Assembly: GCA_050613775.1 (NCBI GenBank)
Contig: JBODTK010000102.1
Location: 124,001 to 188,000, forward strand
Length of the DNA stretch: 64,000 nucleotides
Reading direction: 5' to 3'
From: Neocallimastix sp. 'constans'
Taxonomy: Eukaryota
Shown: piece after piece, positions 61,504 through 64,000 of the stretch
Numbering within the stretch: the stretch's first letter is position 1
Layout: each line of letters starts with the position of its first letter
The notes under the pieces: model-generated
Databases searched by the model: none
Seen by the model: only the letters and a program-made list of their open reading frames with translations
What the model was told of the DNA's origin: nothing
Made by a program: the position numbers and the translations under genes

Positions 61504-62501
61504 AAGTAACCTATTAAAAAATCATATAAAGATTATTAAAAATAAATACTTAATACTAATATATATATTCATTCTTTAATATAATTTTTGTATATATTAA
61601 TTATTAAAATAAACCGAATTTATCTAAAAATTTAAAAAATAAAATTTAATTATATATTTCTTATAATTTTTATAGTTTAAAATTTATTTTTTAATTAGTA
61701 ATAAAAATTTTTATAGTTTATTATTTTATAATAAACTATAAAAGTATTATTACTTTAATATTTTAATAAAATATATATATAGTGATAATTATTTTATTAT
61801 GAATGTTTTTAACAATATTACATTTATTTATTTTATATAATATTAAATTAAACAATATTAAAATCTAAGTAATTTACTTTAAAAAAATTAAAAAATTTTA
61901 AAATTAATTAGAAAAAAATATTTTTAAAATTATTATTGTATATTTTTTTTTCAAAATTATTTTTGAATAAATTATTTTTGAATAAATTATTTTTTAATAA
62001 TGAAATTGTATTAAAATATTTTTACTTTTCTAATAATTAAAATACAATTCTTTTAAAATTTGTATTAAATATATAAATTAATAATTTAATAGTATTATTA
62101 TTTTAATATTTAATATAAATTATATTTTAATAAAAATTTATATATTCATAAAATTAAATAAAATTAGAAAAAAGCAATTTAAAAATTATTCAATTTAAAA
62201 TAATAAATAAATAAATAAAATCTAAGAAATCTTATTGTATTAATTTCAAAATTAATAAATCTTTATAATATTTTACCTGCATTTAAATGACTGAAAGAAT
62301 TTAATTTTATTTTGCTTAATTATTTAATAAATAAATAAATTTAATAATTTAATAATATATTTATTAATTGTTTAAAAATTTTTATATAATTATAAAAAGA
62401 ATAATTTTTACTAAGAAAAATATTTTTTAAAAAAAATTAATAATAAATATTACTTTATTTAATAATAAAGTTTAAATTTTTAATATCAATTATTATTGAA
62501 A

Positions 62502-62741
62502 ATGCTTTTTGAATCATTATTAAATATTGAAAATGAATATATAAATAAAACTAAATACAAAATAAGTAGTTTTTCATTCAAAGAGATCTTGAATCGACCA
62601 TTAAATGTTTGCTATATTGGAGCAGGATATGTTGGAGGAACATCAAGTTCAGTAATGGCTTATAAATGTCCAGAAAAAGAAGTTATAGTAACTGTTTGTG
62701 ATGTTGACTCCAAAAAAATTGATTCATGGAATTCTGATAAA
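62502..62741 (+). CDS. UGDH: UDP-glucose 6-dehydrogenase, first exon (partial gene)
   Basis: NVCYIGAGYVGG..VMAYKCP..VTVCDVDSKKIDSWNSDK is the eukaryotic UGDH NAD-binding N-terminus. GTAAAT donor at 62742. Confidence 0.88.
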
Positions 62742-62807
62742 GTAAATTTTTATTCACATTGTTCATATAATATTACATTTAAATAAAGAATATATTTAAT
62801 ATAATTA

Positions 62808-63430
62808 GGGGTTAATTAGGAATTGAAAAGTTTTACGTTGATTAATATATTTTGTATGATTATTACCAATTATTTAAAATATTTGAAACATTTATATATT
62901 TCGAATTATATATATATAATTGTATTAAATTATGGCTTTAAATTACAACTAAGAAACGTTATATCTCAAAATACATTCTAATATATATTGACGTTTTATA
63001 AAATTTCCAATGTAATGAATTTCATTATGTGGCTTTTTAATTATTAATTTAATGTTATAAAAAATTTTTATATAAACTAATAAATAAATAAAAAATAAAT
63101 ACTTAATAAATGGCGATAGTACATTTATCAATGTGGCTTTTAAATATTTTAAAATAAAGCCATACATTTTTAAGATATTATATATAATCATAAATAAATA
63201 TATAAATAATTATTACATCAAAAGAAATAATATATTTTTCTAATTAATATTATTAAATAACTAATTCAAAAGAAATAATAATATATTCTATTATTAAAGA
63301 TTTATAGAAATTTATTTTTATAATATATATTAATAAATTATATATATAAAAAAATATTATTATTTATTTATAAAAAAGCAAGCCATATTCGAGAATAGGC
63401 CACATTACGAAATACACAATTTTGATTCAA
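62808..63430. mobile_element. Possible DNA-transposon end(s) inside the UGDH intron
   Basis: Starts GGGGTT and has several TGGC/GCCA motifs. GGCCACATTACGAAAT near 63398 resembles the MULE TIR core. Confidence 0.25.
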
Positions 63431-64000
63431 ATAATAAAAAAAATATTAATACTAAATAATAAAATTATTAAAAATAAAATACTAAATATTAATATTAAAA
63501 ATAAGATTATTTTTTAAATATAAAAATTTAATAATAAAAAATAAAATATATTTAAAAAAATTTTCTAATGATGAATTTAAATAAAAAAATTTTATTTATA
63601 ATATATAAAATTTATATAATAAATTTTTTATAATAATAAAATAAAATTTATTAATAAATATTTAAAACTTAATATTAAAATATAAAATTTAATTAATAAA
63701 ATATAAAATTTAAATAACAAATTTTTTATAATAAAATAATATTTAAATATAAATATTTATTATTATAAAAAATTTATTGTTTAATTTTTATATTTTATTA
63801 ATTATAAAAAAATTATTATTTAAATTTATAATATTATTATATAAAATTTATTATTTAAATTTTATATCTTATTAATATTATAAAATTAAAATAATAAATT
63901 TTTAATAATAATAAAATAAAATTTATTAGTAAATATTTAAATTTTAATATTAAAATATAAATTTTTATTAATATAAAAATTTTTTAATATTTAAATTTAA

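Overview
Very AT-rich eukaryotic DNA. My inference is an anaerobic gut fungus (Neocallimastigomycota), from base composition, a GT-AG intron and intronless bacterial-type genes. Positions 1-18.9 kb are decayed Ty3/gypsy (chromovirus-like) fragments and LTR-like repeats. Positions 18.9-54.1 kb hold two near-intact Ty1/copia elements, one complete Mutator-like (MULE) transposon with an internal satellite, three non-autonomous LTR elements carrying host-gene fragments, and three LTR+PBS relics. All eight copia-type primer-binding sites abut an LTR or LTR-like block. They match the anticodon/D-arm of tRNA-Lys(CUU) rather than a tRNA 3' CCA end, implying priming by a 5' half-tRNA-Lys. Several elements also share non-CA LTR ends, a hairpin beside the PPT and a GCTGA..TCAGC leader hairpin. 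Positions 54.6-62.8 kb hold three intronless, bacterial-type glycosyltransferase genes with hydrophobic N-termini plus the first exon of a UDP-glucose 6-dehydrogenase, a candidate glycan-biosynthesis cluster. All alignments were done by eye and no database searches were run.
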